A stretch of 64,000 nt of DNA, taken from Scenedesmus sp. PABB004. Taxonomy: Eukaryota. The notes beneath the pieces were generated by a model that did not search any database, was not told where the DNA came from, and saw nothing but the letters and a program-made list of their open reading frames with translations. The DNA lies in contig CM026548.1 in NCBI GenBank assembly GCA_014905635.1, positions 496,001 to 560,000 on the forward strand, read 5' to 3'. How positions within the stretch are numbered: position 1 is the stretch's first letter; each line of letters begins with the position of its first letter. A program made the position numbers and the translations under genes. Of the stretch, positions 34,382-45,956 are shown one piece after another.

Positions 34382-34685
34382 CTGCAGCCGCGGTGCTGGG
34401 GGCGGGCTGCTTTTGGCCCGACTCACGCTCGCGGGGCTTGTGGGCGCTTGTGGCCCGACGGGCAGGTCACACAGGCGCCGCCGGTCGTCGTGGCTCGAAC
34501 CCCGAGACCGCGCCCAGCACGCGCGACCCCTGCACTCCGCTCCCCAGCGCCGCCGCCGCACCCAGGCCTCCCACTCATGATCACTTGATCGGGGCCGCCA
34601 GCCCGCCGCGCGCCCCTCGGCCCGCTGCAGAAGTAGCGCTCGCCCGCGGCCTCGTCGACCCGCGAGGCCCGCTGGTGATGGTGTG
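34382..34685 (-). pseudogene. Diverged partial copy of nuclease last exons + 3' UTR, lacking the last intron
   Basis: Aligns by eye to 35250-35674 (e.g. CTGCAGAAGTAGCGCTCGCCCGCGGCCTCGTCGA; CCCGCTGGTGATGGTGTG) without intron 35552-35644. Confidence 0.8.
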
Positions 34686-34717
34686 CCCGCGGCCGCGGGC
34701 GACGGCGCGGCGGCGGC

Positions 34718-35248
34718 GGCTCGAGGAGCGGGGCGAGCAGCCGCGGCACGTCGCCGCCCTCGGCCGCCGCCGCCGCGGCCGCGGCGACCGCGTCCAGCGC
34801 CGGCGGCGCCGCGCGCAGCGAGCGCCGCAGCCGCTGCTGCTGCTGCTGCTGCTGCGGACGCGCCGCGCCGGCGGCTGCGGCCCGGGGCGCCGTCGCCGCC
34901 GCCGCCAGGGCGAGGGCCACGAAGACCCCCAGGTGCACCGCCCGTCGCGACATGCTTGGTCGCCGCTGCGGGCGGACGGCGGCGGCTACAGCTTGTACGA
35001 ACGTGCACGTGGATGCGAACACCGAGTTCGCGCCGCGACCCCCGCGCGGAGCAGCCGCGGACGGCGCGCGGCGCGCGCCGACCGAGCGCAGCTGATGATG
35101 CCGACCGCGCGGCTCGCAGCGCGGGAGGGGCGCCAGGGGCAGGCTGCGGCGCAAAGTCCGCCATCGACCAGCGCCCGCTGCCCCATCGCGCCGCGCAACC
35201 CCCCGGCCCGGCCGCGCGGCCCAGCGCACCTCGGACGTGAAGCGGACG
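34718..35248. repeat. Copy A' of ~530-bp duplication
   Basis: Near-identical to 32255-32786, same orientation. Confidence 0.95.
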
Positions 35249-35464
35249 GCTGCCGCCGCGGTGCTGGGGGCGGGCTGTTCTTTTCACGCGCGTCTGGGCG
35301 GCGACCGGGAGCTTGTGGGCCGACGGCGGCAGAAGGCAGGTCACAGGCGCCGCCGGTCGTCATCACTCGGCCCCGGGACCGCGACCAGCGCGCGTGACGC
35401 CTGCAGCCAGCCCGCTCCACAGCGCTGCCGCCGCACCCCAGGCCTCCCCCGGCCTCCCCCGCCC

Positions 35465-37102
35465 TCACTTGATCGCGGGCCGCCAGCCCGCCGCGCGCGC
35501 CTCGGCCTCGCTGCAGAAGTAGCGCTCGCCCGCGGCCTCGTCGATCTGCACCTGTGCACCGCAAGCGGGCGACGGCTGTCGGCGCGAACGGGCATGGGGG
35601 GGAGGAGCGGGCCGGCGCGGCGCCGGCGCTGCAGCTCGCCGCACCGCGAGGTACTGCCCGCTGGTGATGGTGTGGTAGATCTTATCACCTTTGGAGTTGA
35701 TGTTGCCCTTGACGACCGGCCCCGCGCACGCCGTCGCAAAGTTGGCGCGCGGCGGCGCGGCCGGCGCGCCCGCGGCGGCGGCGGCCGCGTACGAGCGGCC
35801 GGCCGCGGCGCCGGGCGGCGGCGGCGCCGCGGCGCGGCGCGGCGCGGGCGCGGACGCGGGCGCGCCGCCGCCGTCGACGCTGCTGAGGCTGTCCAGGCCG
35901 CCCGGCGGCGGCGCGCCGCTGAGCACCTGCGCGGCCTTCTGCTGCCGCCGCCAGGCCGCCGGCTCGGTGAAGCGGCCCTGCCAGATGCCCTTGCGCGTCG
36001 CGTGGGCCTTGTCCTCCAGCACCACGTACTCCTTGCCAAACTGCCTGCGCGGCGGCGGCGGCGGCGGCACGGCGGCGGTGGCGGCGGCGGCTGGGCGGCG
36101 CTCGCGCAGCGGCGCGGCGCGCGAGGGCCTGCATCGGCGGGCCCCGCCGCCGAGCGCCCCCCCCCCCCCGGCAGTGCGCGGCGGTGGCCGCGCCGCTCAC
36201 TTGTACGCGACAGCGTGGCCCTGCGAGACGAGCCAGGCGCCCATGTCCTCGCTGCCGCGGCCGCCGTCGAGGATGGCGCAGGCCGCGACGTTGCGGCCGT
36301 ACTGATCCTTGCTCTTCACCTCGCAGCGCACGGCGCGGCTGCCCACGCGCTCCTTGAGCGCCTGCAGCGCGACCTGTGGGCGCCCGCGGCGGCGCGCGGC
36401 GGCGGGGCGCGCGTGCAGGGTGTGTGTGTGGGGGGGGGGGGGGGGGGGGGGTGGGGGAGGGGGCGCTGTGGGCGCGCCAACCCCGCGCGCGCAGCAGCTG
36501 CGTGCGCCGCCGCGGCGCGTCGCCCGCCTGGCCGCAGGCGTACGCCTCGCCCTGCGCATTGGCGCAGGACTGTGCCTTCTCCGGCGCGTCGACAGCATAC
36601 AGCCGGATCTTCTCGCCCTGCACGTACAGCGTGTCGCCGTCCACGATGCGCGCGGGGCCTGCGGCGCAGCGGCCGCCGCGACGGCGGCGGCAAGGTCGGC
36701 GGCCGGGCCAGCCCGCGCGGCGCGGCGCGGCGACGGCGGCGGCGGCGGCGGGTCGGCGCCGCGAGCCAGCCCGCGCGGCGGCGGCGGCGGCGGCGGTGCC
36801 CCACCCTCGAGTACGCCCAGGCTGGCGGTGGCGGGGCCCGTCCCTGACGAGAGCATCAGCAGCCCCGCCAGCAGCACCGCGCCGGCCTGGCCGGCCGCGT
36901 CGGGCCTGCGCGGGGTCGGCAGCAGCGGCGCGCGGGTGTCGGCGGCAGCGGCGGGCCCGCGCGGCCCGTGCGCCGCGCCGCCTCGCCTGGCAGCTGCGAC
37001 CGCGGGGCCGACGCGTCGTCCCGAGCGGGCAGGGCAGCGCGGTGGCAGGCCCTGCGGCGGCGCCAGCCCGCCGCGCGCGACAGCGGCGGCGCGCAGGCGC
37101 AT
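35465..37102 (-). CDS. Bacterial-type thermonuclease (SNase family) with C-terminal ExoI-like domain, 5 exons
   Basis: GPARIVDGDTL...IRLYAVDAPEKAQ.C, KDQYGRNVAAC, WLVSQGHAVAY, A...RKGIWQGRF..P..WRR, C..VKGNINSKGDKIYH...Y....IDEAAGERYFCSEAEARAAGWR. Confidence 0.88.
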
Positions 37103-37411
37103 GCCTGTCCCACGAGCGCTCTGGTGGCCAGGGGGGTGCCGCGGCGCTGCCAGCGGATCCCGACGTGTGCGAAGCAGTGGCGGGCGCGGCGAGGGGGGCC
37201 CGCGGCAGGCGGGCGGCGGCGTCGCGACTGTGCCCTCGCGCCCACGGCGCGTGGAGCAGCGCCCGACCCGCGCGCCTGCATTGCTCCATCCCCACCAGCG
37301 ACGTCGCGCGCGCATGGGCGCATGGGCGCTTGATCAACAGGCGCACCGCGCGTCGGCACTCGCGCCGGCAGCAGCGCACTGCGCTTCGGCAGCGGCAGCA
37401 CGGCGGCGCCG

Positions 37412-38578
37412 ATGGCGTCGCTGGTCCGTCCGGCGCGCACGCCGCACGGTGCTGCGCCGGCCCCGCGGGCTGCGGGAGCGGTGCGCCCGGCGGCGGCGGC
37501 CCCGCGGCGCCCGCTGCGCGGAGCAGCGGCCGCGGCGGGCGAGCCGCAGCCGCAGCGAGGCGACGGCCAGCCGCAGCAGCAGCAGGCCCAGCAAGAGCAG
37601 CTGCAGGCGCTTCAGCAGCAGGAGCAGCAGCAGGGGCAGCAGGGGCAGCAGCAGCTGCAGGCGCTTCAGCAGCAGGGCGGGCAGCCCGCCGAGCGGCCGC
37701 TGCCGCCCGGATACGACCCGGCCGCCGCCGCGGGCTTTGCGCCGGCGCCCGGCGAGCAGCCGATGTGGTGGGTGTCCAAGTTTGAAGCGCGCCGCCGGCA
37801 GCTGGCTGAAGAGGCAGCGGCGGCCGCTGCCGCCGCCGGTGCGCCCGGCGAGCGGGATGCGGCCGCCCGCGCGCCGCCGGCGCCGCCCGGCCTGGCGGCC
37901 GTGGGGCGCGCCGCGCTGCAGGCGGCGCAGCTGGCCGCGGCGGTCGCCGCGCTCATCCTGTGGCCCGCCGCCCTCGTGCCCGGCGGCCTGGGCGTGGGGC
38001 GCGTGTGGGCGCTCTTCGCGACCTACTTGCTTTTCTTCTCTGGCAGCGTGCGGCGCGTGGTCAAGCACGGCCCGCTTGCGCCGCGCGCGCGCGACGCGCA
38101 GGGCAGGCGCCCCGCCGACCGCGCGGCGTGGGCGCTGTTCGTCGCGGCCGTGCCGGTCATCCACTGGCCGCCGCTGCGCGCGTTCCTGCAGGCGCGCGCG
38201 GGCGGCGGGTGCGCCGGGCCGCCGACGCTGTACGACGCGGTCGGCGCCGCGCTGCTGGTGGGGGCGCTCGCGCTCAACTGGGCCGCCGCGCGCGCGCTTG
38301 GCGCGGCGTACGACCGCGTCGTCGCGCCGGAGGCGCTCGTGACGGCCGGCCCGTACGCGTGGGTGCAGCACCCCGTGTACGTGAGCTACGCGCTGCTCTT
38401 CACCGGCTACGCCATGACCCTGCACGCCGCACTGACCGCGCTGTTCGCGCTGGCCGCGTGCGCGGCATACTACGGGCGCCGCGCGGCGCTCGAGGCGGAG
38501 GTGCTCGCCGAGCGCTTCGGCGCCGAGTATGCGGCCTACGCCGCGCGCACGAAGCGCTGGGTGCCGGGCATCATCTGA
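37412..38578 (+). CDS. Isoprenylcysteine carboxyl methyltransferase (ICMT/PEMT)-like membrane protein, single exon
   Basis: LVTAGPYAWVQHPVYVS...EAEVLAERFGAEYAAYAARTKRWVPGI, with hydrophobic helices. Confidence 0.85.
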   Translation: MASLVRPARTPHGAAPAPRAAGAVRPAAAAPRRPLRGAAAAAGEPQPQRGDGQPQQQQAQQEQLQALQQQEQQQGQQGQQQLQALQQQGGQPAERPLPPGYDPAAAAGFAPAPGEQPMWWVSKFEARRRQLAEEAAAAAAAAGAPGERDAAARAPPAPPGLAAVGRAALQAAQLAAAVAALILWPAALVPGGLGVGRVWALFATYLLFFSGSVRRVVKHGPLAPRARDAQGRRPADRAAWALFVAAVPVIHWPPLRAFLQARAGGGCAGPPTLYDAVGAALLVGALALNWAAARALGAAYDRVVAPEALVTAGPYAWVQHPVYVSYALLFTGYAMTLHAALTALFALAACAAYYGRRAALEAEVLAERFGAEYAAYAARTKRWVPGII

Positions 38579-38821
38579 GGCGCGGGTGGCGCGGCGCGGC
38601 GCGGGTAAAAGCACCGGTACCGACTCTCCGCAGCGGCGCGCGCCCGTGCCTCTCGCGCTTGTCTCTCGATCGCGTGACGCAGAGAAGAAGCCGCGACCTG
38701 CCGGAGGCGGCGGGGCCGCTGCGAGCAGTATTTGACCGCGCTCGTTCGGGCCAGCCCGCGCCCAGCTGCGGCCGACGCCGCGCCCTGATGCAGCCGCCAC
38801 GATGAGCTAGGCGCGTCCGGG

Positions 38822-41800
38822 ATGGCGTCGGCCGCTGCCGCGCCGGGGCTGCGCGCGCTGCTCGAGGCGGCGCTGGGGCCCGCGGTGCCGCGGCCCGAGC
38901 CCGGCAGCCCCGACCTCGAGCCCGGTGAGCTGCGTCACAACGGAGAGGAGCACCAGGCAGCGGCAGCGGATGAGGCGGCTGGCGGCGGCGACGCTGCAGC
39001 ACTCGCGGCGAAGCTGCGCGACATCAAGCAGCGGGTGCGGGGCGCGGCGCCGCGGCCGGCGGCGGCTTGACCTGCCTGCTGGCACGCCTGCCACCAGCAG
39101 CTTGCTCACACGCTGTGCCGCCGATCCGCCGGCAGTTCGACGCTGACGCGGCGGCGGCGGCCGACGCGCGCGTGCGCCTGGCTGCCGACCAGGCCGGCGC
39201 ACAGCGCCGCGAGGCTGAGGCGCTGGCCGCCGCAGATGCAGCCTTCACCCCCGCCTGGCGCGCCGCGGGGCTGCCCGCCAAGCCGCCGCCGCTGCGCGAC
39301 GCCGAGCCGGTCGGGCCGCCCGCACCGGGGCTGGTCGACGCGCGCGCGCTGCTTGCGGCGGCGGCGGAGCGGCAGGCGCGCGAGGTGCTGCGGCCGCCGG
39401 CAGCCGCCGCGCGTGCCGCGGGGGCCGGGCCCCACCACCTGGCGAGCACGAGCAGCCTGCAGGTGCGCTCGCTCCGCCTGATCTGAGCTGCGGCGCCCGC
39501 AGCACACTGACCAGCCCGCCGTCGTGACCGCCGCCGCCGCAGGTGCGGCGGGCGATTGCGGCCGAGCGCATCGCTGTGCTCAGGGCCGCCAAGCAGTCGC
39601 CGGCAGGCGCCGTCGACCTCGGGCGCACCTCGCCGGCGCGGCGCAGCGTGCCCTGGCGGTCGCTGCCGCCCGACGAGGCCGCCGCGCGCGCGGCGGCCGC
39701 GGCGGCACGGCGCCAAGCGACGGCGGCCAGAATGTCCGCGGAGCAGCGCGAGGCCGAGGAGCGGTGAGGCGCGCGGCCGGCCGTGGGAGGGCGCGCGCGC
39801 GTCGCGTCCCTAAAACCTGTGCCGCCGCCCGCAGCATCATCCAGGCCCTGTTGAACCGCCTGTCCTTCCTGTGCAACCCGGCACGCGGCGCCCCGCGCGG
39901 CGCGCGCGGCGCCCGGCGCCAGCGCGGCGCGGCGCGAGCGGCGAGCCGCGGCGGCGGCGGCGCCGGCGCGCCCGGCAGCCCCCGCGGCGCGGGCTTCCAG
40001 CTGCTGCCGGCGTGCGGCGCGGTCTTCAGCACCTATGAGCCGGGCGACGTGTGCACGACGACGGTCGCGCTGCAGAACGTCGGGTCCGTCATGCGCGGGC
40101 TGCGGCTGCTGCCGCCGGCGTCGCGCTTCTTCGAGGTATCGCTGCTGCGGTGAGCCCCGCGCGGGCAGGCACCGCGAGACGCGGCCGGCCAGCCGCGCGG
40201 CGCGCACCCGCCGCGCGCTCTGCGGCGGGCGCGCGCGCCGGCCGGCCAGCCGCGGCGAGCCGGCGCCGCAACGCGGCGCGCCGTGCCGCAGGTTCCCCTT
40301 GCCCGCGAACGAGCTCGCGCCTGGCATGGCCGCCGAGGTGCTCGTGAACTTCACGCCCGACACGCGCGGCGAGTACGCCGACACGTTTGCCGTGGAGACG
40401 CCGGCCGGCGCCTTCACCGTGCCGCTGCGCGCGGCGCGGCCGCGCCCGGCGCTGTCGCTGCCGGCCGCGCTGCAGGTGCGCGCGGCCGCGCGGCGGCGGC
40501 GCCGCGCGCGCGCCGGCGCCGCGCTGCGGCGACGCGGCGCCCTGGCACACCGCGCCCGCAGGCTGGCGAGGTGCTCCTGGGCAACCGCCGCACGCGCACC
40601 GTGCGGCTGGTCAACGCCGGCGGCGCGGGCCGCTTCCTGGTGCTGTCAGCTGAGGCCTGGGCGGCGGTCGAGGCAGCTGACCGGGCGGCGCCGGCGGGCA
40701 GTGACGACAACGACAGCGCGGGCCCGCCTCGCGCGATCGCCGCGGTCGCCGCGGCTGCCGCGGAGGGCGCGGGCTCTGGCGCGGGCGCGGGCGCGGCGGT
40801 GTCCGGCGCCTTCAGCATCACCCCGGCGCTGCTCGACCTGCCGGCCGGGCGTGGCGCGTCGTTCGAGCTCACCTTTGCGCCCGAGGCAGCCGGCCCGGCG
40901 TGCGGCGACTTTGTGCTGGTCTGCGACAACTGCACGCGCACGCGCCTGGCCGTGGAGGGCGCCGGCGCGAGCGTGGACGTGGCGGCGGCGGCGCTCGACG
41001 GCCGGCCGGCGACGGCGGCCGACTGGCGCGCGCCGCTGTGGTTCGGGCAGGTGCGCGGTGGGCGCGGCCGCCGGCGCCCGCGCGCGCCCGTCGCGCAACG
41101 CCGTGCGCCGCCCCCGCCCGACGCGCGCCGCGCGCAGGTCCACCCCGGCTGCAGCTGGCGCCGCACGGTGACGGTGCGCAACGCGACGCGGCTGCCCTTC
41201 CCTTTCGTGTGGCAGCTCGAGGCCGCTGCTGGCGCGCAGCAGCAGCAGCCCGGCGCGCCAGGCAGCCGGGACGCGTTTGCCGTGCGCCCCGCCGCCGGCG
41301 TGCTGCAGCCCGGCTCGGAGCTGGAGTTTGCGCTGAAGTTTGCGCCGCCGCGCGTTGCGGAGCACGCGGCGCGCGCGCTGCTGCTGGTTGAGCGCTCGGG
41401 CGACGCGGCGCCGTCCGTCATTGACACGGCCGAGCCCGGCGGCGGCGGCGGCGGCGGCGGCGGCCTCAGCTGCGGCAGCCCTGGAGCCGAGCAGCCGCCG
41501 ACGGTGCCCGGCGGCGAGCGCGGCTGGGAGCGGGTGCTGGAGCTGGGGCTGGAGGGCGCCGGCGTGGCCATCGGCCTGCGCCTGGAGCCGTCGGGCCGCC
41601 TGGCGCCGCAGGCGCTGACCGTGGGCGAGGCGGCGCAGCAGTTCGTGGCGCTGCACAACGACTCGCCCGCGCCAGCGCACTTTGCGATTTCTGAGCTGCG
41701 TTGCGGCGGCGGCGACGGCGGCCAGGCGGCGATGCTGGAGGCCGCGCCGTCGCGCGGCACCGTGCCGCCGCACGGCGCGCTGCAGCTGGCGGTCACGTGC

Positions 41801-44800
41801 ACGGCGCTGGCGGCGGGCAGCGCGGACGCCTGCCTGGCGGTGCGCGTCGCGCACGGGCCGAGCCTCGGGCTCTGCGCGCACGCCGAGGTTGCAGAGCCGG
41901 CGGTGGTGCCCGATGTGCCACTGCTGGACTGCGGCAGCGTCTGCCTAGGCTCCTCCAGCGCCTCTGCGTCCCTGCACCTGACCAACGTGGCGTCCGGCTG
42001 CAGCGCGGACTGGCGCGTGCAGCAGCTCGGCAACCAGCCCGCCTGCCCGCTTGCGCTCGCGCCGCGCGCCGGCCGGCTGTGCCCGGGCGGCGTCGCAGAG
42101 GTGCGCGTCTCCGTTGTGGGCGCGTGCGAGGGCAGCCACCGGCTGCTGCTGAGCGTCGCCAGCCGCAGCGCCAGCGGCGCTGCGCGCGCGGGGCTGGCGC
42201 AGCAGGTGCGCTACGTGCAGGTGTGTGTCACGGTGGTGGCACCGCGCGTGCTGATGAGCGCATACAAGTGAGTGCCAGGCTCAGGGAGCCAGGCTGCCGC
42301 CCGGGGCGCGGCGTGCGCGCTGCACCCGCCACACGAGCATGCCGGGGCGCGCTGCCTGTGTCCCCGCCGTCCTGCCGCAGGCTGCACCTGGACGGGGCGT
42401 GCGCTCCCTTTGTGGGCGTGCCGCAGCGCCAGGAGCTGACCGTCACGAACGCTTCGCGGCTGCCGCTGGACTTTAGCTGGAGCGTGTCGCCGCACGCGCC
42501 GCCCGGCGGCGGCGAGCAGGCGGGCGTGCTCGTGCTGCGCATCGTCCCGGCGGCGGGCCGCCTCGCGCCGTCGGAGAGCTGCAGGCTGGAGCTGCTGCTC
42601 GAGCCGCGCGCGCCGGGGCCGGCCGCGCTGCTGGCGCGCTGCCACGTGGCGGGCATGCACTCGCCGGCGGGCTTCCTGGTCAGCGGCGTGGTCGAGGGCC
42701 TGCGCGTGCGCTGCACCATCCAGCGCCCGCCCCAGCAGCTGCTCGCGCTGCCTGCGACCGGCCAAGAGCCTGGCTGCAGCGCGGCCGGCGCCAGTGGCGG
42801 CGCTCCGGCGGTGGTGGGCCGGCGGCCCGCGCCGCTGGTCGCCGACTTTGGCACCGTCGCCCTGCACGAGCCCGCCGAGCTGCTGCTGCGCGTGAGCAAC
42901 GAGACCAGCATCGCCTCGCACGTGCGCGCCTGGCTCGGCCGGCTCAGCGCGGCGGAGGCGGGGCCGGCCGGCGCAACCGGCGGCCGGAGTGGCGGCGGCG
43001 GCCTGCCGGCCGGCACGCTGCCGGCGACGCCGGCACCGGCCGCGCCGCGCGGCGGCTGCAGCAGCCCGCAGCAGCGTGTCGCGTCCCCGCAGCGCGCCAG
43101 CAGCCGGCGACCGGGCCGGGCGAGCTCGGGACTGGCGGCGCGGCTGGCGCTGGCGCTGACTTGCAGCGGCGACGGCCGCGACGGCGGCGGCGGTGCAGCT
43201 TCCTGGGCCGGCAGCTGCAGCAGCCTCGGCGAGAGCCTTGGCGGGGGCCCGCCGGTCGAGCAGCCGTCAGGGGCTGGCGGTGCCGCGGGCCCCTTCCACG
43301 CAGCAGCCGGCAACGCGATGCTGGCGGCGCGGCAGGTGGCGGCGGACGCGGCGGCCGCGCTGGGCGGCGGGCGGCGCGGCGCGGCGGTGGACGTGCGGCC
43401 GCGCTCGGCGGCGCTGCCGGGCTGGGGCGGCGCGGAGCTGCGGCTGGTCGCTTTCAACGACCTGCCGGGCACCTACGTTGACACCCTGCACGTCCAGGTG
43501 AGTGGGTGCCTGCTCCGCGCGCGAGATGCCACGACGCCGCGCCGCACGCTGTGTGCTCACGCAGTGCCGCCACCGCCGCCCCGCAGGCCGGCGACCTGCC
43601 AGTGCAGGCCATCCCGCTGCGCCTGGCGGTGGCGGGCTCGCCGCTGGCGCTCAGCCGCGAGCGCGCGGCGCTGCCGGGCCTCGCGGCGCTCGCGGCGGCG
43701 CAGGGCCGCGCCGGCGGCGGCGGCTGGGCGGGCGCCGCAGAGCAGTGCACGCTGGACCTCGGCACGCTGCCGGCGGGCACGCCGCACGAGCGGAGCTTCT
43801 ACGTCCACAACCGCGGCGCGCTGCCGGTGCTGCTGGCCTGGGAGTGCTGCGCGGCGCCGGCGCCGCCGGCGGTCGCCGCGCCGCCAGCGGCAGCTGGCGC
43901 TGCGGCCGGCGGCGACGTCAGCCTGCTGGCAGGTGCGGAGCGGGCGGGGCCAGCGGGAGAGCCGCCGCCGCCACTGCTGCCATCGGACGCCAGCGGCGCC
44001 GCGGGCCAGGGTAGCAGCTGCGGAGGTGGGGCGCCGCCGCCGGTCGAGCTTGCCGGCGCGCCCGCGGCGCCGGCGCTTGCGCCCGCCGGCGGCAAGGCGG
44101 CGAGCAGCAAGCCGGCGCCCGCCGCGGAGCTCCTCGAGGCCGGCGGGAAGCGGGCTGCCAGCACGGCTGGCCAGTCGGCCAAGCGGCCGCCGAGGCAGAG
44201 CCCTGGCACAGCGAGCAGCTCGGGCGCGGCGCCTGCAGCCCAGCAGGCCCAGCAGCAGCCAGCGCAGACGCTGGAGCAGCAGCCAGCGCAGACACAGGAG
44301 CAGCAGGGGGAGCGGGAGCAGCAGCAGGGGGGCGGCGCTGACACAGCTGGCGGAGCTCGACCTGACAGCCAGCAGAGCGGCGCGCCGGACTGCGCGCAGC
44401 TGCCGCCCGGCGGGCCCAGCAGCCTGGCGTCGACGCTGCAGGCCATGGCCGCTCAGCGCGCAGCGCGGCATGCCGCCGGCGACGCCGGCGGGCGCGGCAG
44501 CCCTGCCAGCAGCGGTGGGAGCTCACAGCTCGAGCAGGCCAGCGGAGCCGCCGGCGGCGGCGCGTTTGTCGTCGAGCCGCTGCAGTGCGTGGTGGCGCCG
44601 GGGGCGCAGCAGCGCGTCAGGGTGCGCTTCTGCAGCTGGGACTGCCGCCGCCACGAGGCGCAGCTGGTGGGCCGCCAGGCGCTGGCGCCCGACCCCGCAG
44701 ACGGCGGCGGCGGGGGTGCCGGCGGCCCGCTGCGGCTGGCGCTGTGGCCGAGGGCGGGCGCCGACGGCCCGCTCGAGGCCGTCCTGTGGGGCGGCTTCCA

Positions 44801-45856
44801 CGCAGGCGCGGCGCCGCCGCCGGCGCCGCTGCCTGCGCTGCGCGTGCGCCTGCGCGCGAGCGCGGCACCCGCGGCGCTGGCGCTTGGCGACCCTGACAGC
44901 CTGCGCTGGGTCGTGTGCTCCACGCACGACCCCAGCAGCCACGCCAGCTACCGCCGCACCGCGACGCTGACCAACGGGGCCGGCTGCCCCCTCGCGTTCA
45001 GCCTGGCGGTCCGGGGCCCCTTCACGCTCCTCGCGGCGACGCCGTCGGTCGCGCAGGACGCCGAGGCCTTCCGGTGCGCACGCTGGGCGCGCGCGCGCGC
45101 GCGTCATGGGCCGGGCCCGGTTCGCCAGCCGCCGCTCGCCCGCCGCTCGCCCGCCCACCGCCGCGCGCTCGCAGGGGCCTGCCGGGCGCGGCGCAGCTGG
45201 GGAGCAGCCTGGCCGGCAGTGCCGGCGGAGCCCAGCCCGCGGACGCACTGCTGCTCCCCGCCGGCGCGTCCGTCGACGTGGCGCTGCGCTTTGCGCCGCC
45301 CCCGGAAGTGCGAGCGGAGGTGCTGGCGCCGGCCGCCAGCGCGGAGGCGTGCGGCGGCGAGGGGCGCCAGCACAGCGTGGAGCTGGCCGGCGAGCTGCTG
45401 GTGTGCGCGGCCACGGGGCAGCAGCAGGCGCTGCCGTTGACCGCGGCGGTGCTGCGCCCTGCGCTGGTGCCGGGCGCGGCGGAGCTGAGCTTCGACGACG
45501 TGCCGCGGTCGCTCAACCTGGCGCTGACCAATCCGACGACCGTCGACGCGGTCTGGGTCGCGACGCTGGTGCCGCTGCCGCCGGCTGCAGGCGCCGGCGA
45601 GGCCGACGCGGCTGACGCGGCGCGCGCGGCGGCGGCAGAGTTCAGCGTCGCCCCCGCTCGCGGCGTCGTGCCGGGGCGCGGCGTTGGCATGCCACGCACC
45701 GCGCGGCTGACGGTGGTCACGCCGCGCAGCAGCCGCGCGGCCGCCGCGGTGCTGCGCGTGGCCGTGGCGGGCGGGCAGGGCTTCGAGCTGCGCGTGGGCA
45801 GGCAGGGGACGCACGACGAGGCGGTGGAGCACCAGGCGGCGCTCAGCGCGCTGTGA
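38822..45856 (+). CDS. DLEC1: DLEC1/CFAP81-like ciliary protein with tandem ASH/Ig-like domains, multi-exon
   Basis: LNRLSFLCNP, FSTYEPG...LQNV...LRLLPP.SRFF, LAPGM...VNFTPD...YADTFAVET, FVLVCDNC, repeated 'V.N....F.W' and 'P..G.L.P' motifs, FNDLPGTYVDTL. Confidence 0.75.
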
Positions 45857-45956
45857 CGACCCGCGGGGTGCGCGGGCGGCGCAGGGCTGCCCTGAAACGC
45901 GGCGCCACGCACGTGCGCGGGCCCCGGTCACACCGCGCCACACGCGCGCGCGCCGC

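Noticed and set aside
39808..39816. CCCTAAAA and a few similar telomere-like words (7205, 9231)
   Set aside because: Single isolated copies, expected by chance.
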